From Anaerolineales bacterium (GTDB taxonomy: Bacteria > Chloroflexota > Anaerolineae > Anaerolineales > Villigracilaceae): a stretch of 59,489 nucleotides of DNA. This document shows positions 21,943 through 31,841 of this stretch, one piece after another (positions within the stretch are counted from its first letter, which is position 1; every line of letters starts with the position of its first letter). The DNA is taken from the NCBI GenBank assembly GCA_011389535.1, contig JAABUE010000001.1, forward strand, positions 1 to 59,489, written 5' to 3'. The position numbers were made by a program, and so were the translations under genes. The notes beneath the pieces were generated by a model. The model did no database searches, was not told the origin of the DNA, and worked only from the letters and a program-made list of their open reading frames with translations.

Positions 21943-21959
21943 TTTGAGTTGCTCCTCCG

Positions 21960-22469
21960 CTATTGCGAGGGTTCTAACGTGCGAATGTAATTGACCATAT
22001 CCCAACGGTCACGCACGGTCAGGTTTTCGATCATGGGAGGCATGCGCCCAGGCACGCCGTTGGTCAGGGTCAGGAACAGGGCGCCATCGCTTTTGTTCTG
22101 TGTAACATCTAAGGTGAGATTTGTGGGTCTATTGGCAAGCAAAGCAGCAATCTGGCCATTGCCTTCCCCCGTAGTCCCATGACACATGGCACAGTTGATG
22201 GTATACAAATTTGCCGCACGCTGGATCGAAACATCATCCGCAGGTACCGGATTGACAGGCGCGCCCATATTTGGTATGGATACCGGACCTTCCACCGGGA
22301 TCGAACGTGCAGGGACAGGTAGCGGATCCTCCTGTGCATCAAAAGATGGCTGGATTTCCATCATAGTAACCCAGTCTATCTTGATGATGTCCATAGAGAA
22401 CATCATCAATCCACCGAAGAGCACGAAGACAACGAAGAAAACTACGACGAGCTGTTGGAATAGTTTCAT
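21960..22469 (-). CDS. actE: ACIII subunit ActE (monoheme cytochrome c)
   Basis: 169 aa with an N-terminal TM/signal anchor and a single CAMCHG motif. It has an ATGA overlap with actD. Confidence 0.75.
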   Translation of the reverse strand: MKLFQQLVVVFFVVFVLFGGLMMFSMDIIKIDWVTMMEIQPSFDAQEDPLPVPARSIPVEGPVSIPNMGAPVNPVPADDVSIQRAANLYTINCAMCHGTTGEGNGQIAALLANRPTNLTLDVTQNKSDGALFLTLTNGVPGRMPPMIENLTVRDRWDMVNYIRTLEPSQ

Positions 22470-22987
22470 AACTGCTGCGCCTCCGCTTCTTTGACCGTTT
22501 CCGCACCTGAGTCGGTCATCGCCTGGGTATACCTTTCCCGTTCATCCTCCGGACAATTGAAGAAGACCGCGATCTTACCATCGCTGATCTCCGGCACATA
22601 TTGCATGGGCCGGTAAGACGGGAAGGTGCTATCCAGAAAAACGCCCAGGAAAGTGGATATCAGCAAGCCAAGCATGGTCAATTCGAACAGTAGAACTACA
22701 GAGGGCGGACCGGGAATGATAGGCTGCCCTCCCACAGGGACAAAATATAACAAGGGTGTGAAAACGAGGAATAATCCGACCAGAAAACCACCAATGGCGC
22801 CGCCCAATGCCAGGCGAGGTACATTGGTCCACTGGCTCGGACGGCCCAACATGGCTTCCGTCACGGGAATTCCGGAAATCACGTTCATCTGGTCGTGAGC
22901 AAGGCCCAGGCTGCGCAATTTGTCAATCGCATCGGCAGCCGGTTCAAGGTCCGGGAAGACCGCTAACAGGGATACGGTATCAGCCAT
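22466..22987 (-). CDS. actD: ACIII subunit ActD
   Basis: 173 aa with a soluble N-terminal domain and two TM helices. Its position between actC and actE fits ActD. Confidence 0.7.
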   Translation of the reverse strand: MADTVSLLAVFPDLEPAADAIDKLRSLGLAHDQMNVISGIPVTEAMLGRPSQWTNVPRLALGGAIGGFLVGLFLVFTPLLYFVPVGGQPIIPGPPSVVLLFELTMLGLLISTFLGVFLDSTFPSYRPMQYVPEISDGKIAVFFNCPEDERERYTQAMTDSGAETVKEAEAQQL

Positions 22988-22997
22988 CGTCCAGCTC

Positions 22998-24431
22998 CTA
23001 TTCCAGTTCGCTGACCGTCACAACGGTCTCGCGTCCGAATTTCTTCATGGAGTGCGCCATCTGGCCTTCCTGCACTTCCCAAACAGGGACGAGTGGGATC
23101 AGCTTGGAAGCGATCATGTAGAGTAAGATAAAGAAGGCCAATGTACCGATGCTCAGGGGGATTTCGATCCCGGGCTCGTACATCCGCCAGGTGAAAGGCA
23201 TGCGGTTGATGGTCAGCGAAATGGGGATAATAATGTAACGTTCGAGGTACATGCCGACGTTGATCAACAGTCCAACCACAAAGACAATCCAGGGATTGGA
23301 GCGCCATCTTTTGTTCCACAAAACCAGCCACGGGATGGCGACATTGACGATCAACATCAGGAACCACATCCAACCCATCGGACCGGCTTCGTGCCAGTGG
23401 AGCAGCGCTTCCGTCCATTTGTCGCCGCCATACCACTGCACCATGTAGTCATTGAAGAAGAAGTAAGCCCAACCCATGGAGATAATAAGCATCAGCTTGC
23501 CGATGGCGTCGAAATGCTCCGGGCGGATGAAGTATTTCATGTTCTTCATCGTAGCACGCACAACCGCCAGCACCATGATAACCGCGCCCATACCTGAGTG
23601 CAAAGCGCCGATGACGAAATAAGGGCCGAAGATGGTAGAGTTCCAGCCGGGACGGGTAGCCACAGCAAAGTCCCAGGACACGATGGTGTGAACAGAAAAC
23701 ATAACCGGGATGATCGCAAAGGCAAAGATGTTCATGGCGTTGCGCAGGTGCGTCCATTCCCCCTCGGTGCCACGGAAGCCCAGCGCCAGCACTTTGTAAA
23801 AGTTCTTGCGCCAGCCGCCTGCGGTGCGGTCACGGGCCATGGCCAGGTCGGGAATGAGCGGCAAGAACAAGTACATGGTGGAGGCCAGCAAATAGGTGGT
23901 AATGGCTAACAAGTCCCAGGAGAGTGGTGAATGGAAGTTCGGCCACAGTTGGCGCTGGTTCGGGTAGGGGAACAGCCAGTAGGACAACCACACCCGGCCC
24001 ATGTGCATGAAGATGCTAAAACCAGCCTGCACCAGGCCAAAGGTGGTCATTAACTCGGCAGCGCGCGTAAAGGGACGGCGGAACTCAGATTTGAAAACGC
24101 GCAGGATCGCCGAGATGAACGTCCCGGCATGGCTGATACCGATCCAGAAAACGGTATTGACCAGGAAGATACCCCAGAACACCGGGCGGTTGACGCCGGC
24201 CACACCCAGGCCTTCCGCGATCATGTAGCCCCAGGAGCCGAACAATCCCACCAATACAATTGCTCCCAGTATCGCTGCCACAACCCAGAACTTCCAGGTG
24301 GTGTAATGCATGGCTTCCATGATCATGGCGTTCATTTCGCCGCGTGGCCGCGGATCGAGCATCAGGTGTTGTTCACGCAGATGCGCTTCTTCAGAGTGTG
24401 CGTGCTCCATAGGCATAGTCGTCGAAGCCAT
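22998..24431 (-). CDS. actC: ACIII subunit ActC (NrfD/PsrC-like quinol-interacting membrane subunit)
   Basis: The start is placed at MASTTMPMEH (24431), immediately after the actB2 stop; the longer ORF-track start would overlap actB2 by 65 nt. It is a polytopic NrfD-like protein. Confidence 0.85.
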   Translation of the reverse strand: MASTTMPMEHAHSEEAHLREQHLMLDPRPRGEMNAMIMEAMHYTTWKFWVVAAILGAIVLVGLFGSWGYMIAEGLGVAGVNRPVFWGIFLVNTVFWIGISHAGTFISAILRVFKSEFRRPFTRAAELMTTFGLVQAGFSIFMHMGRVWLSYWLFPYPNQRQLWPNFHSPLSWDLLAITTYLLASTMYLFLPLIPDLAMARDRTAGGWRKNFYKVLALGFRGTEGEWTHLRNAMNIFAFAIIPVMFSVHTIVSWDFAVATRPGWNSTIFGPYFVIGALHSGMGAVIMVLAVVRATMKNMKYFIRPEHFDAIGKLMLIISMGWAYFFFNDYMVQWYGGDKWTEALLHWHEAGPMGWMWFLMLIVNVAIPWLVLWNKRWRSNPWIVFVVGLLINVGMYLERYIIIPISLTINRMPFTWRMYEPGIEIPLSIGTLAFFILLYMIASKLIPLVPVWEVQEGQMAHSMKKFGRETVVTVSELE

Positions 24432-24435
24432 AGGT

Positions 24436-25179
24436 TTAGCCTTCCTTGAAGTAAGTGATCCGCGGCACGGTGCCCAGCTCTTCGAGCATCTGGTAGCCAC
24501 GGTCCGGCTTAGAAAGCTGATTTACTCGACTTTCAGGGTCGTCCAGGCGGCCGAAGATAATCGCATCTGCCGGGCAGGCCTGGGCGCAGGCAGTTGTAAA
24601 TTCACCATCCCTGACCTCACGGCCTTCAGCTTTAGCAAGGTCTTCGGCACGATGGATACGTTGCAAGCAGAAAGTACACTTTTCCATAATGCCCCGGCGG
24701 CGGACAGTGACATCCGGATTGAACTGGTTGTTCAACGGTTCCGGACGTTCGTAATCCCGCCAATTGAAGACGCGCACCTGGTAAGGGCAGTTGTTGGCGC
24801 AGTATCGGGTGCCCACGCAGCGGTTGTAAACCTGCAGGTTCAAGTCTTCTGCTGGGCTATGTACGGCTGCAAACACCGGGCAGACCGGCTCGCATGGAGC
24901 ATTGTGACAATGCTGGCACAACATTGGCTGGAAGGGTGTCATCTTAACTTCGGGATACTCGCCTTCCCAGAAACGTTCGATGCGGATCCACTGCAGGCTG
25001 CGCCCATAGCTCGCATCTTCCTCGCCTACGAACGCTATGTTGTTTTCCATCGAGCAGGCCGCCACACAGGCCTGGCAGCCCGTGCACAAATCCTGGTCGA
25101 TGACCATACCCCATTTGCCCTCCGCCTCCTGCGCGATAGCGCCTATCGCGCCCATTTCATTCAAATCAATCGGTTTCAT
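24436..25179 (-). CDS. actB: ACIII subunit ActB2 (4Fe-4S ferredoxin-type iron-sulfur subunit)
   Basis: 247 aa with multiple Cys clusters (CTGCQACVAAC, CQHCHNAPC, CVGTRYCANNCP, CTFC, CAQACP), as in PsrB/NrfC-type proteins. Confidence 0.85.
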   Translation of the reverse strand: MKPIDLNEMGAIGAIAQEAEGKWGMVIDQDLCTGCQACVAACSMENNIAFVGEEDASYGRSLQWIRIERFWEGEYPEVKMTPFQPMLCQHCHNAPCEPVCPVFAAVHSPAEDLNLQVYNRCVGTRYCANNCPYQVRVFNWRDYERPEPLNNQFNPDVTVRRRGIMEKCTFCLQRIHRAEDLAKAEGREVRDGEFTTACAQACPADAIIFGRLDDPESRVNQLSKPDRGYQMLEELGTVPRITYFKEG

Positions 25180-25188
25180 ACTTCACTC

Positions 25189-27369
25189 CTAATGCTCCTC
25201 TCCAAGGCCTTCACCATACACACCAATCTTGCTCTCCAGGCGAGCAAGCTCACGTTTTCTCCCGGTCTTTTCGATTCTTACTCTCATGCTTGCATAAGCC
25301 AGATCTCCGGCTTCATTGAACTTCAGTCCCAAAAGGTCCAGGGGATTGACACCGCGTCCTTCGGCGTAACGACCGTAAGCTGTATGCCCCTGCCCAAAGG
25401 GGATCGCGATCGTATCTGGACGAATGGCCGGGTACAGATAAACGGAGACCTCAACTGCTCCAGCCTCTGACACGATCCTGACCACATCATCATTTTCGAT
25501 GCCCAACTCATGACCAACATCCGGGTTGATCTCCACCCACGAATTCCACATGACTGTTGTGGTCGGGTCGGGGACTTCCTGCAGCCAGGGCTTGTTGGCC
25601 CCGCTTTCCGCCAGCACCGGCGAGACAAAGGGCAGCAGCACAAACTCACCCTCACCCTCGAACTCTGGCGCGGCAACAGTCATCGCATTATTCAATGTGT
25701 TTTGAGCCGGGGCTGTGAACGCAATCTGGTTGCCCCACCAACCGCCTAACTGCTGGAAGTATGCAAAAAAGGTGTTGATCTCAGCGGCATTGAAATTGGC
25801 GTCTTTGTTCTCAACCAATGGCAGCAATTTATCTTGCATGAAAGCGACTTCATCCGCGAAGGGTAAGGCAGCGGCCAACTCTCCGCCGACCTCCGCAAAA
25901 GCAGCCAGGAGCACATCTGCGGTAGCGCGCGTGTTGTAGAAGGGAACCACCACAGGCTGCGCACCTGAGAGTGTGGACCGGTCTGTCCCTGCCGCGATAC
26001 GCTGGTAACCCCAGGACTCCAGCCCGTGATGATCAGGGAAGATGTAATCGGACTGCAGGGCGGTTTCATCGGGGAAGGTCGCGAATGAAATCACCAGCGG
26101 CACGCTTTTCATGGCATCTTCGAAGCCAAGCGCATTCGGCAGTTCAAAGAGCGGATTTACACCGTGCACCAACAATACCTGGATATCGCCGGCCTTCATC
26201 TGTTCGACAAACGCGCCCATTTCCTGCAAGCTTGCCGGGTGATGATATTCGTCTACATTGGGAGGGACTGGGGAAAGGAACACGCCGCCGGGTTGGCCGA
26301 AGTTCCCGGCCATCGCATTCAGAGCCAGTACTGCTTCGCCTGTCGCCATTCCGTTAATATGACTGAGCGCCGCTCCACCGGGGATGGCAAGCGGGCGTTC
26401 CGCACCGGCCAAAAGTTCAGCCAGATGCAACAGCGTCTCGACCGGAACACCCGATTCTTCGGCGACCCCGGCCACATCCACATCCACAAAAGCTCTGGGC
26501 AAGGCTGCCCCTCGCACTTCGGCACTGAGCCGGCCGATTGCCAGCGCGACCATGCCTTCTGTCCCGGATTTTAGGGGAATCCATTCGTCCGCCTTGGCAG
26601 CCGTTTGCGACATGCGCGGCTCGAACTGCACCAGGTAGCCGCGCTTTTCCTGCTTACGCATTCGCGAATAGCCGCGCGTGTAAGCCACCGGCGACAACCA
26701 GGTCTCAAGAAAATTCGCGCCAAACGAAAAAGTGACCCCTGCGTTCGCCAGGTCGAAAACGGGCAGCCTGCTTTCTCCAAGCATCGACTCCGTCGCCTGG
26801 ATTAACGTTGCGCGCGCTTCGAACATGCTTAATGCGCCATAACGGACTGGGGCAGGCGCGCCGATGGCTCCCGTTAAATCAGAGACCAGGTCGAAGAGAT
26901 GGTCGGGGGCCGGACCCAGCAGGAAGGCAATCGCGGCAGGTTCGGTATTCGACAGCGCATCTGCGACCACCTGCACGGCTGCATCCCAGTCCATGTCCGA
27001 GAAATCACGCGAGCCCCGCGTTGACTGGCTGACCGGATCAGTTACCCGGTCCGGATTGTACAGACCGTGCAGTGTGGCCTGTCCGCGGGCGCAAGTCTTT
27101 CCCTGGTTGACCGGATGGGCCGGATTGCCTTCGGTCTTGAGCGCACGTCCCTGATAGGTGCGGACGACCAGTCCGCACCCCGCCGGACATTCACGACAGG
27201 TAGTAGCAAAATAAGTACTTTGTCCGTTGAACGTGTACTCCGGCATCTGTGTGTACGGTTCGCGTACCACGTAGCGGGAGGCGGGGCCACAGCCGGTCAG
27301 CGCAGCGCCTGTGGCAGCCCCCATTCCAGCCAGCTTGAGAAAATCACGCCGGGAAATCTTTTTACTCAT
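25189..27369 (-). CDS. actB: ACIII subunit ActB1 (molybdopterin-oxidoreductase-like, Tat-exported)
   Basis: 726 aa with a twin-arginine signal SRRDFLKLAG and a possible lipobox LTGC. It shows MopB-family architecture and is encoded separately from the Fe-S module. Confidence 0.85.
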   Translation of the reverse strand: MSKKISRRDFLKLAGMGAATGAALTGCGPASRYVVREPYTQMPEYTFNGQSTYFATTCRECPAGCGLVVRTYQGRALKTEGNPAHPVNQGKTCARGQATLHGLYNPDRVTDPVSQSTRGSRDFSDMDWDAAVQVVADALSNTEPAAIAFLLGPAPDHLFDLVSDLTGAIGAPAPVRYGALSMFEARATLIQATESMLGESRLPVFDLANAGVTFSFGANFLETWLSPVAYTRGYSRMRKQEKRGYLVQFEPRMSQTAAKADEWIPLKSGTEGMVALAIGRLSAEVRGAALPRAFVDVDVAGVAEESGVPVETLLHLAELLAGAERPLAIPGGAALSHINGMATGEAVLALNAMAGNFGQPGGVFLSPVPPNVDEYHHPASLQEMGAFVEQMKAGDIQVLLVHGVNPLFELPNALGFEDAMKSVPLVISFATFPDETALQSDYIFPDHHGLESWGYQRIAAGTDRSTLSGAQPVVVPFYNTRATADVLLAAFAEVGGELAAALPFADEVAFMQDKLLPLVENKDANFNAAEINTFFAYFQQLGGWWGNQIAFTAPAQNTLNNAMTVAAPEFEGEGEFVLLPFVSPVLAESGANKPWLQEVPDPTTTVMWNSWVEINPDVGHELGIENDDVVRIVSEAGAVEVSVYLYPAIRPDTIAIPFGQGHTAYGRYAEGRGVNPLDLLGLKFNEAGDLAYASMRVRIEKTGRKRELARLESKIGVYGEGLGEEH

Positions 27370-27393
27370 GCTCTCTATTATCCTTTCACCCGG

Positions 27394-27948
27394 TTAATAA
27401 TGACAGGTTCCGCAGTCGAGTAATTTGGTGCGCAGTTCGGGGTTATCTACCGAATGTTCCTTGTGGCAGTTCAAGCACCAGCCCATGTTGAACACCTGTG
27501 GGTTTTCGGCAATCGTCACCTGGGTCATATCGCCGTGACAATCCTCGCAATTGACCCCCGCCGCAATGTGCGGGCGATGGTTGAATTGCACAAAGTCTGG
27601 CACGATCGCCACCGGCACCCATTGGATCGGTTCGTTATTTTCAACGGCCTGCACGAGCGGCTTCAGAAGTTCGCTGGTTTCGGTAATCTGCATCTGTTGG
27701 TGACAGCCCCAGCATTTGGTCTGGGTAGGCAGCCCCGCCACGGGTCCGCGTGAAGCGCCGGGGTGACAGTACAGGCATTGGATGCCGAAGTTCACATGGC
27801 GGTTGTGCGGGAACTGAATAGGCTGCTCGGGTGAAGCCTGCGTCAGACTGATGCCCCACACGGCCAGACTGAGCACGGTTAAACCACCGATCAACAACGC
27901 GATCCTGCCGAGAGGTGAAAACAGCCAGCCAAAAATATTCTTGATCAT
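27394..27948 (-). CDS. actA: ACIII subunit ActA (pentaheme cytochrome c)
   Basis: 184 aa with an N-terminal TM anchor and five CXXCH motifs (CLYCH, CWGCH, CEDCH, CLNCH, CGTCH). RBS is caggagc. Confidence 0.9.
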   Translation of the reverse strand: MIKNIFGWLFSPLGRIALLIGGLTVLSLAVWGISLTQASPEQPIQFPHNRHVNFGIQCLYCHPGASRGPVAGLPTQTKCWGCHQQMQITETSELLKPLVQAVENNEPIQWVPVAIVPDFVQFNHRPHIAAGVNCEDCHGDMTQVTIAENPQVFNMGWCLNCHKEHSVDNPELRTKLLDCGTCHY

Positions 27949-28024
27949 GAATGCTCCTGAGTTGGTCTAAATGCATGACCTTGCAAAGGCTCCAACCCTT
28001 GCAAGGTCGCATATTTTCAAAAAC

Positions 28025-28975
28025 TCAATTCCGACGGCGTAAAACAGTGACAACCAACACGCCGATCAGGACAAGAACTGTAAGAAATAGCAACGCGCTG
28101 CCAAATATAGCCAAAAACGCGCCGATTCCGGTCAGGATTCCGGTGAACAAGTTGGATGGCCCGCCAATCAAGTCGCTCGGGCTGGACCCTTCACCTGCTC
28201 CTGTTATCTCTTCCGGCGCCTTGCCCCGGGCCAGGGTTTGCGCGTGCATCAGCGTATCACGGCCATCGGCCGGCGTCCAACCCAATTCATAACCCACAGG
28301 CATCCCGGTTCCGGCCACGCCGAAGCGCGTGCGGTGCAGAAAGCGGAACGGATCCCGGTTGGCGACATCGCCAAGAGTCTCATCCACACCTTCGGTCCGG
28401 AAAAGGATCGTGGTGCCATCTTCGCCATGACATTCAGCACAAGTCGAGTTGTATAGTTCATTACCATGTTCGAGGTTGCCATTGATGACATTCAAGGAAA
28501 CCGGGTCAATATATTCGGAATCGTTGATCAGGCCTTCTTTAAGAAAAACAGCTAACTGCCCCATCGCGTTTTCATCTAGGTAGTTGGAAAAGTCATGCGC
28601 CTGATCATTTTCTCCCTTGAGGTGGGCGATGATCTCTTCTTTGGTCATATCCGCTGTTGTAAGGATAAGGCTGGGAAAACCGGTCTGGTGTGAGCCGGAG
28701 GCATAAGCCCCAACCACACCCTTATAATCCCAGCCATGGCATTCCGAGCAACGCCATGTTTCCGCCCCTGAGCGTGTGTTAGTAGACTGGCGGCTCCAGA
28801 CAGGCATATCGCCTTGAGGCCCAGGAACTCCCAATGCAGCGTACCACTTATCGTATAACTGTGCGCCAACAACAAGGTCGGGTTGTGGACCCAGAAATCC
28901 GCCTGCAAAAGCAATACTCGTCCCGATTGCCATCAAGACGAGCAAAATAAATGTGGCTGAAAGAAGGCGTTTCAT
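28025..28975 (-). CDS. Diheme c-type cytochrome with a C-terminal membrane anchor
   Basis: 316 aa with a signal peptide, two CXXCH motifs (CSECH, CAECH) and a C-terminal TM helix followed by RRRN. RBS is gaggagag. It lies immediately upstream of actA. Confidence 0.75.
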   Translation of the reverse strand: MKRLLSATFILLVLMAIGTSIAFAGGFLGPQPDLVVGAQLYDKWYAALGVPGPQGDMPVWSRQSTNTRSGAETWRCSECHGWDYKGVVGAYASGSHQTGFPSLILTTADMTKEEIIAHLKGENDQAHDFSNYLDENAMGQLAVFLKEGLINDSEYIDPVSLNVINGNLEHGNELYNSTCAECHGEDGTTILFRTEGVDETLGDVANRDPFRFLHRTRFGVAGTGMPVGYELGWTPADGRDTLMHAQTLARGKAPEEITGAGEGSSPSDLIGGPSNLFTGILTGIGAFLAIFGSALLFLTVLVLIGVLVVTVLRRRN

Positions 28976-29105
28976 CGGACTCTCCTCAAGACACAGCAGG
29001 TTACCCCACCGTAACTAAAAAATTATAACGCATTAAGAAGCGAAAGTACATGAAAGTGGTAATAATTACCCAAATGGTGAGCCCGAACCCCAATTCCATG
29101 TTTGA

Positions 29106-29133
29106 ATTATATCCCTTGCCACGCGGGAATCAA
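29106..29133 (-). promoter_or_regulatory. Candidate promoter for the cytochrome/ACIII operon
   Basis: On the minus strand: TTGATT (29133-29128), 16-nt spacer, TATAAT (29111-29106), about 120 nt upstream of the 28975 start in an AT-rich region. Confidence 0.35.
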
Positions 29134-29215
29134 TCGCGATCTTTGGAGTTTGGCGAAATAAAAGGAGCAAGAGGCCAAAAATGGAATGATATACTTGAAA
29201 ATCATCCATGCCACT

Positions 29216-29512
29216 ATGAAAATAAAAATACAAACTATACGCGTCTCTTTTTGGATCATACTGGGGATTGCAATCTTATTAACCAACCTGGCGCTCAGCC
29301 GTACATCGGGAATACTACAGGAATTAACCGCTACTCCCGCCATACAGGCAGATACGGATGTCGCTACAGAAGAAGCGCGGAATGAGGCAGGTTCAACAAA
29401 CTGGATCATGCTCATGGCGGTGGTGATCGTCCTGATCGTGATCATCCCCATCTTGCTCAAGCGGCAGGCATGGGAAAATGGAAAACGAAACAAGACAGCC
29501 CCTCCAGGCTGA
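29216..29512 (+). CDS. Hypothetical small membrane protein
   Basis: Starting at MKIKIQ, it has two predicted TM helices separated by an acidic linker. No recognisable family. An overlapping antisense ORF is less plausible. Confidence 0.35.
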   Translation: MKIKIQTIRVSFWIILGIAILLTNLALSRTSGILQELTATPAIQADTDVATEEARNEAGSTNWIMLMAVVIVLIVIIPILLKRQAWENGKRNKTAPPG

Positions 29513-29544
29513 GGGGCAATTCAATAAACGAGTTACATTTATTT

Positions 29545-30348
29545 TCAACTACTCTTCTTCTGCAGAGCTTTGCGTGTTTCATCGCGCGCTGCCTGCTCTT
29601 TCGCTTCCAGCGTGCCAGCCTCAATCATCGCTTGCGTGACTTGCTGGAGCACTTCTTTGGGTGAGTCGGCAACGGTCAATAGATCCAAGTCCGCAGGAGA
29701 AATTTTTCCACCTGTCAACATCGTCTCTTTTAACCACGTCAGCAGTCCAGACCAATAATCGGAACCAAACATAATCACGGGAAAGTTGCTGATTTTCCCG
29801 GTCTGGATGAGTGTCAGCGACTCGAACAGTTCATCTAGTGTCCCAAAACCGCCGGGGAAGATCACAAAGGCTTGGGCATACTTGACAAACATCACCTTGC
29901 GGACAAAAAAGTAGCGAAAATCGATGGGGATGTTCAGATAGGGATTGAGGTGCTGTTCAAAGGGCAGCTCAATATTCAATCCTACCGAGACGCCTCCGCC
30001 CAGTATCGCCCCCCTGTTGCCGGCCTCCATAATGCCAGGACCCCCGCCAGTGATGATCGCCAGCCCAGCCTTGGCGAGCTGGCGAGCTGTTTCCACTGCG
30101 GCGGAATAAAATGGGTCTTCTTCCTTTGTACGAGCTGAACCAAACAGGGAAACCGCCGGACCGAGCTGGGCAAGCGCTTCGAAGCCTTCTACAAACTCCC
30201 CTTGAATGCGAAGCACGCGCCAGGGATCGGTATCCGTGAACAATGCCTGCGCAGGAGTCGGGCTCTGAAGAAGCTTTTCATCCTGCGTCCGCCTGCGGTC
30301 TTTTCCCAGTTGTGGGTGGTTATCGTTTTGTTCTATCGGACTGCTCAT
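29545..30348 (-). CDS. LOG family protein (TIGR00730 Rossmann-fold nucleotide-binding / cytokinin riboside 5'-monophosphate phosphoribohydrolase-like)
   Basis: 267 aa with VSLFGSAR, the ITGGGPGIMEAGNRGA motif and PGGFGTLDELFE. RBS is ggagaataa. Confidence 0.85.
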   Translation of the reverse strand: MSSPIEQNDNHPQLGKDRRRTQDEKLLQSPTPAQALFTDTDPWRVLRIQGEFVEGFEALAQLGPAVSLFGSARTKEEDPFYSAAVETARQLAKAGLAIITGGGPGIMEAGNRGAILGGGVSVGLNIELPFEQHLNPYLNIPIDFRYFFVRKVMFVKYAQAFVIFPGGFGTLDELFESLTLIQTGKISNFPVIMFGSDYWSGLLTWLKETMLTGGKISPADLDLLTVADSPKEVLQQVTQAMIEAGTLEAKEQAARDETRKALQKKSS

Positions 30349-30391
30349 CGAGTTATTCTCCTATTCGAACCAGGCATGAACGTGATCTCTG

Positions 30392-31514
30392 CTAAGGAAC
30401 ATATTCCTTCGCCTTCTGAATTCGCTGCCCCAGCGGCGGATGTGAATAGAACAGATACACCACCCACTTTTCAGGATTGATTTCGCCCAGGTTCTGGTTC
30501 GCCAGCCGCGTAAACGCGGAAGCGAAGGCTTCCGTCTTGCCGGTAGCCTGCAGGGCATAATCGTCGGCGAGATTCTCGCGCCAACGGGAGATGGCGTTCT
30601 CAAGCGGCATGGTGAGCAGTCCATAGGCGCCGAGGATGATTCCCAGGGCAGGAGGCAGCCACATCGGCGGGGCCGGTGAAACCGAAGAAGGCGATTGCCC
30701 AATCCAGGGCCAGCGAAGCCAGGTACAGCCCAAGCGTTGTCGTAATTGTCCCAGATGCGATCAGGAGAGGCAGGTCATTATGAACGTGATGACCGAGTTC
30801 ATGCGCCAGCACGGTCTCGATCTCGTCGTCGGTGAACTCGTCGATCAGGGTATCGCCCAGCACAATGCGCCGGGTGTTGCCAATCCCCGTCAGCGCCGCG
30901 TTGGCCGATTTAGTGCGGCGGGACATGTCAAACTTGAATACCCCGCGCACCCTGGTGTTGGCTTTCTCAGCCAGCGCAAGCAGACGTTTTTCCAGGTCGG
31001 CATGCTCTTCGCCCAGCGGGACGAATTTGTTGAAGATCGGCATGATGAGGATGGGAGCCAGATTGGAAAGCAGCACGCTGAAGACCAGCATCCCGCCTGC
31101 GGCCCACAACCACCACAGGTCACCGGTCGCGCGCAGTGCGAGATAGAGCAGCTCGAGCAGGAGCAGCCCGATAGGCGCCCCGACCGCGAGTCCTTTTAAC
31201 TGGTCGAAGACCCAGTCCTTGAGCGTCTGGTTGGACTGGCCGAAACGATGCGGCAGGATAAATCCGCTATAATAATCGAGCGGAAGCGTGAGGACAGCAT
31301 AGATGCCGCCAAAAATGGCGATGAAACCTGCAACCACAAACCAGGGATTGGGGGAAATCGCGATTAGCCAGTTCCGCAGGTCGATGGACCAGCCGGTGAA
31401 GAGCCAGGCCAGGGCATAGAGGGCGCTGAGTGACGTGCTCACCAGCCACAGACGGCGTCGGATGCGGGCGTACTGTTTGGCCTGCTGCTGGCGTTCGGGA
31501 TCAAGTGTGGTCAT
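30392..31514 (-). pseudogene. M48 (Ste24/HtpX-like) zinc metallopeptidase, reading frame interrupted
   Basis: The N-terminal part (31514 down to about 30660) carries HELGHHVHND. The expected C-terminal part (LLTMPLENAISRWRENLADDYA ... SHPPLGQRI) continues in a different frame (ORF 30392..30733). The frame switch lies around 30650-30680, near the G/C runs cggcggggccgg. Confidence 0.7.
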
Positions 31515-31621
31515 AAATCTTCCTTTGATGAACGGAGTCGAAAGTCTCCCCCCGCCCGACCGCCGGGGCAGGAAAACTTTCGGCATACAACGTCAGGAGA
31601 CGTTGGACTCCGGTTCAGATT

Positions 31622-31828
31622 TTATTTCTTCTCCCGCCCCCTGCGGACGGTAACGGTCTCTCCGGCAATTCCCCAGTTATCGGTATCTACTTCTTCAATC
31701 ACGACGATTGTGGTAGCAGGGTTCTTATCAAGCGTTTCGGTCACCAGACGAGTCACCTCGCGGATCAGGGTCGCCTTTTGCTCGGCGGTCGCTTCTTCGC
31801 GCGTGATTTTTATATTGACGTAGGGCAT
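31622..31828 (-). CDS. 4-oxalocrotonate tautomerase family protein
   Basis: 68 aa starting MPYVNIKI (catalytic Pro1), with RBS aggagaaag. Confidence 0.85.
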   Translation of the reverse strand: MPYVNIKITREEATAEQKATLIREVTRLVTETLDKNPATTIVVIEEVDTDNWGIAGETVTVRRGREKK

Positions 31829-31841
31829 AACTTTCTCCTAT

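Noticed and set aside
24310-25470. 386-aa + strand ORF.
   Set aside because: It is antisense to actC, actB2 and actB1.
30361-30702. 113-aa minus-strand ORF in a third frame of the M48 region.
   Set aside because: It has an Arg/Pro/Cys-rich shadow translation, and the M48 homology is fully explained by the other two frames.
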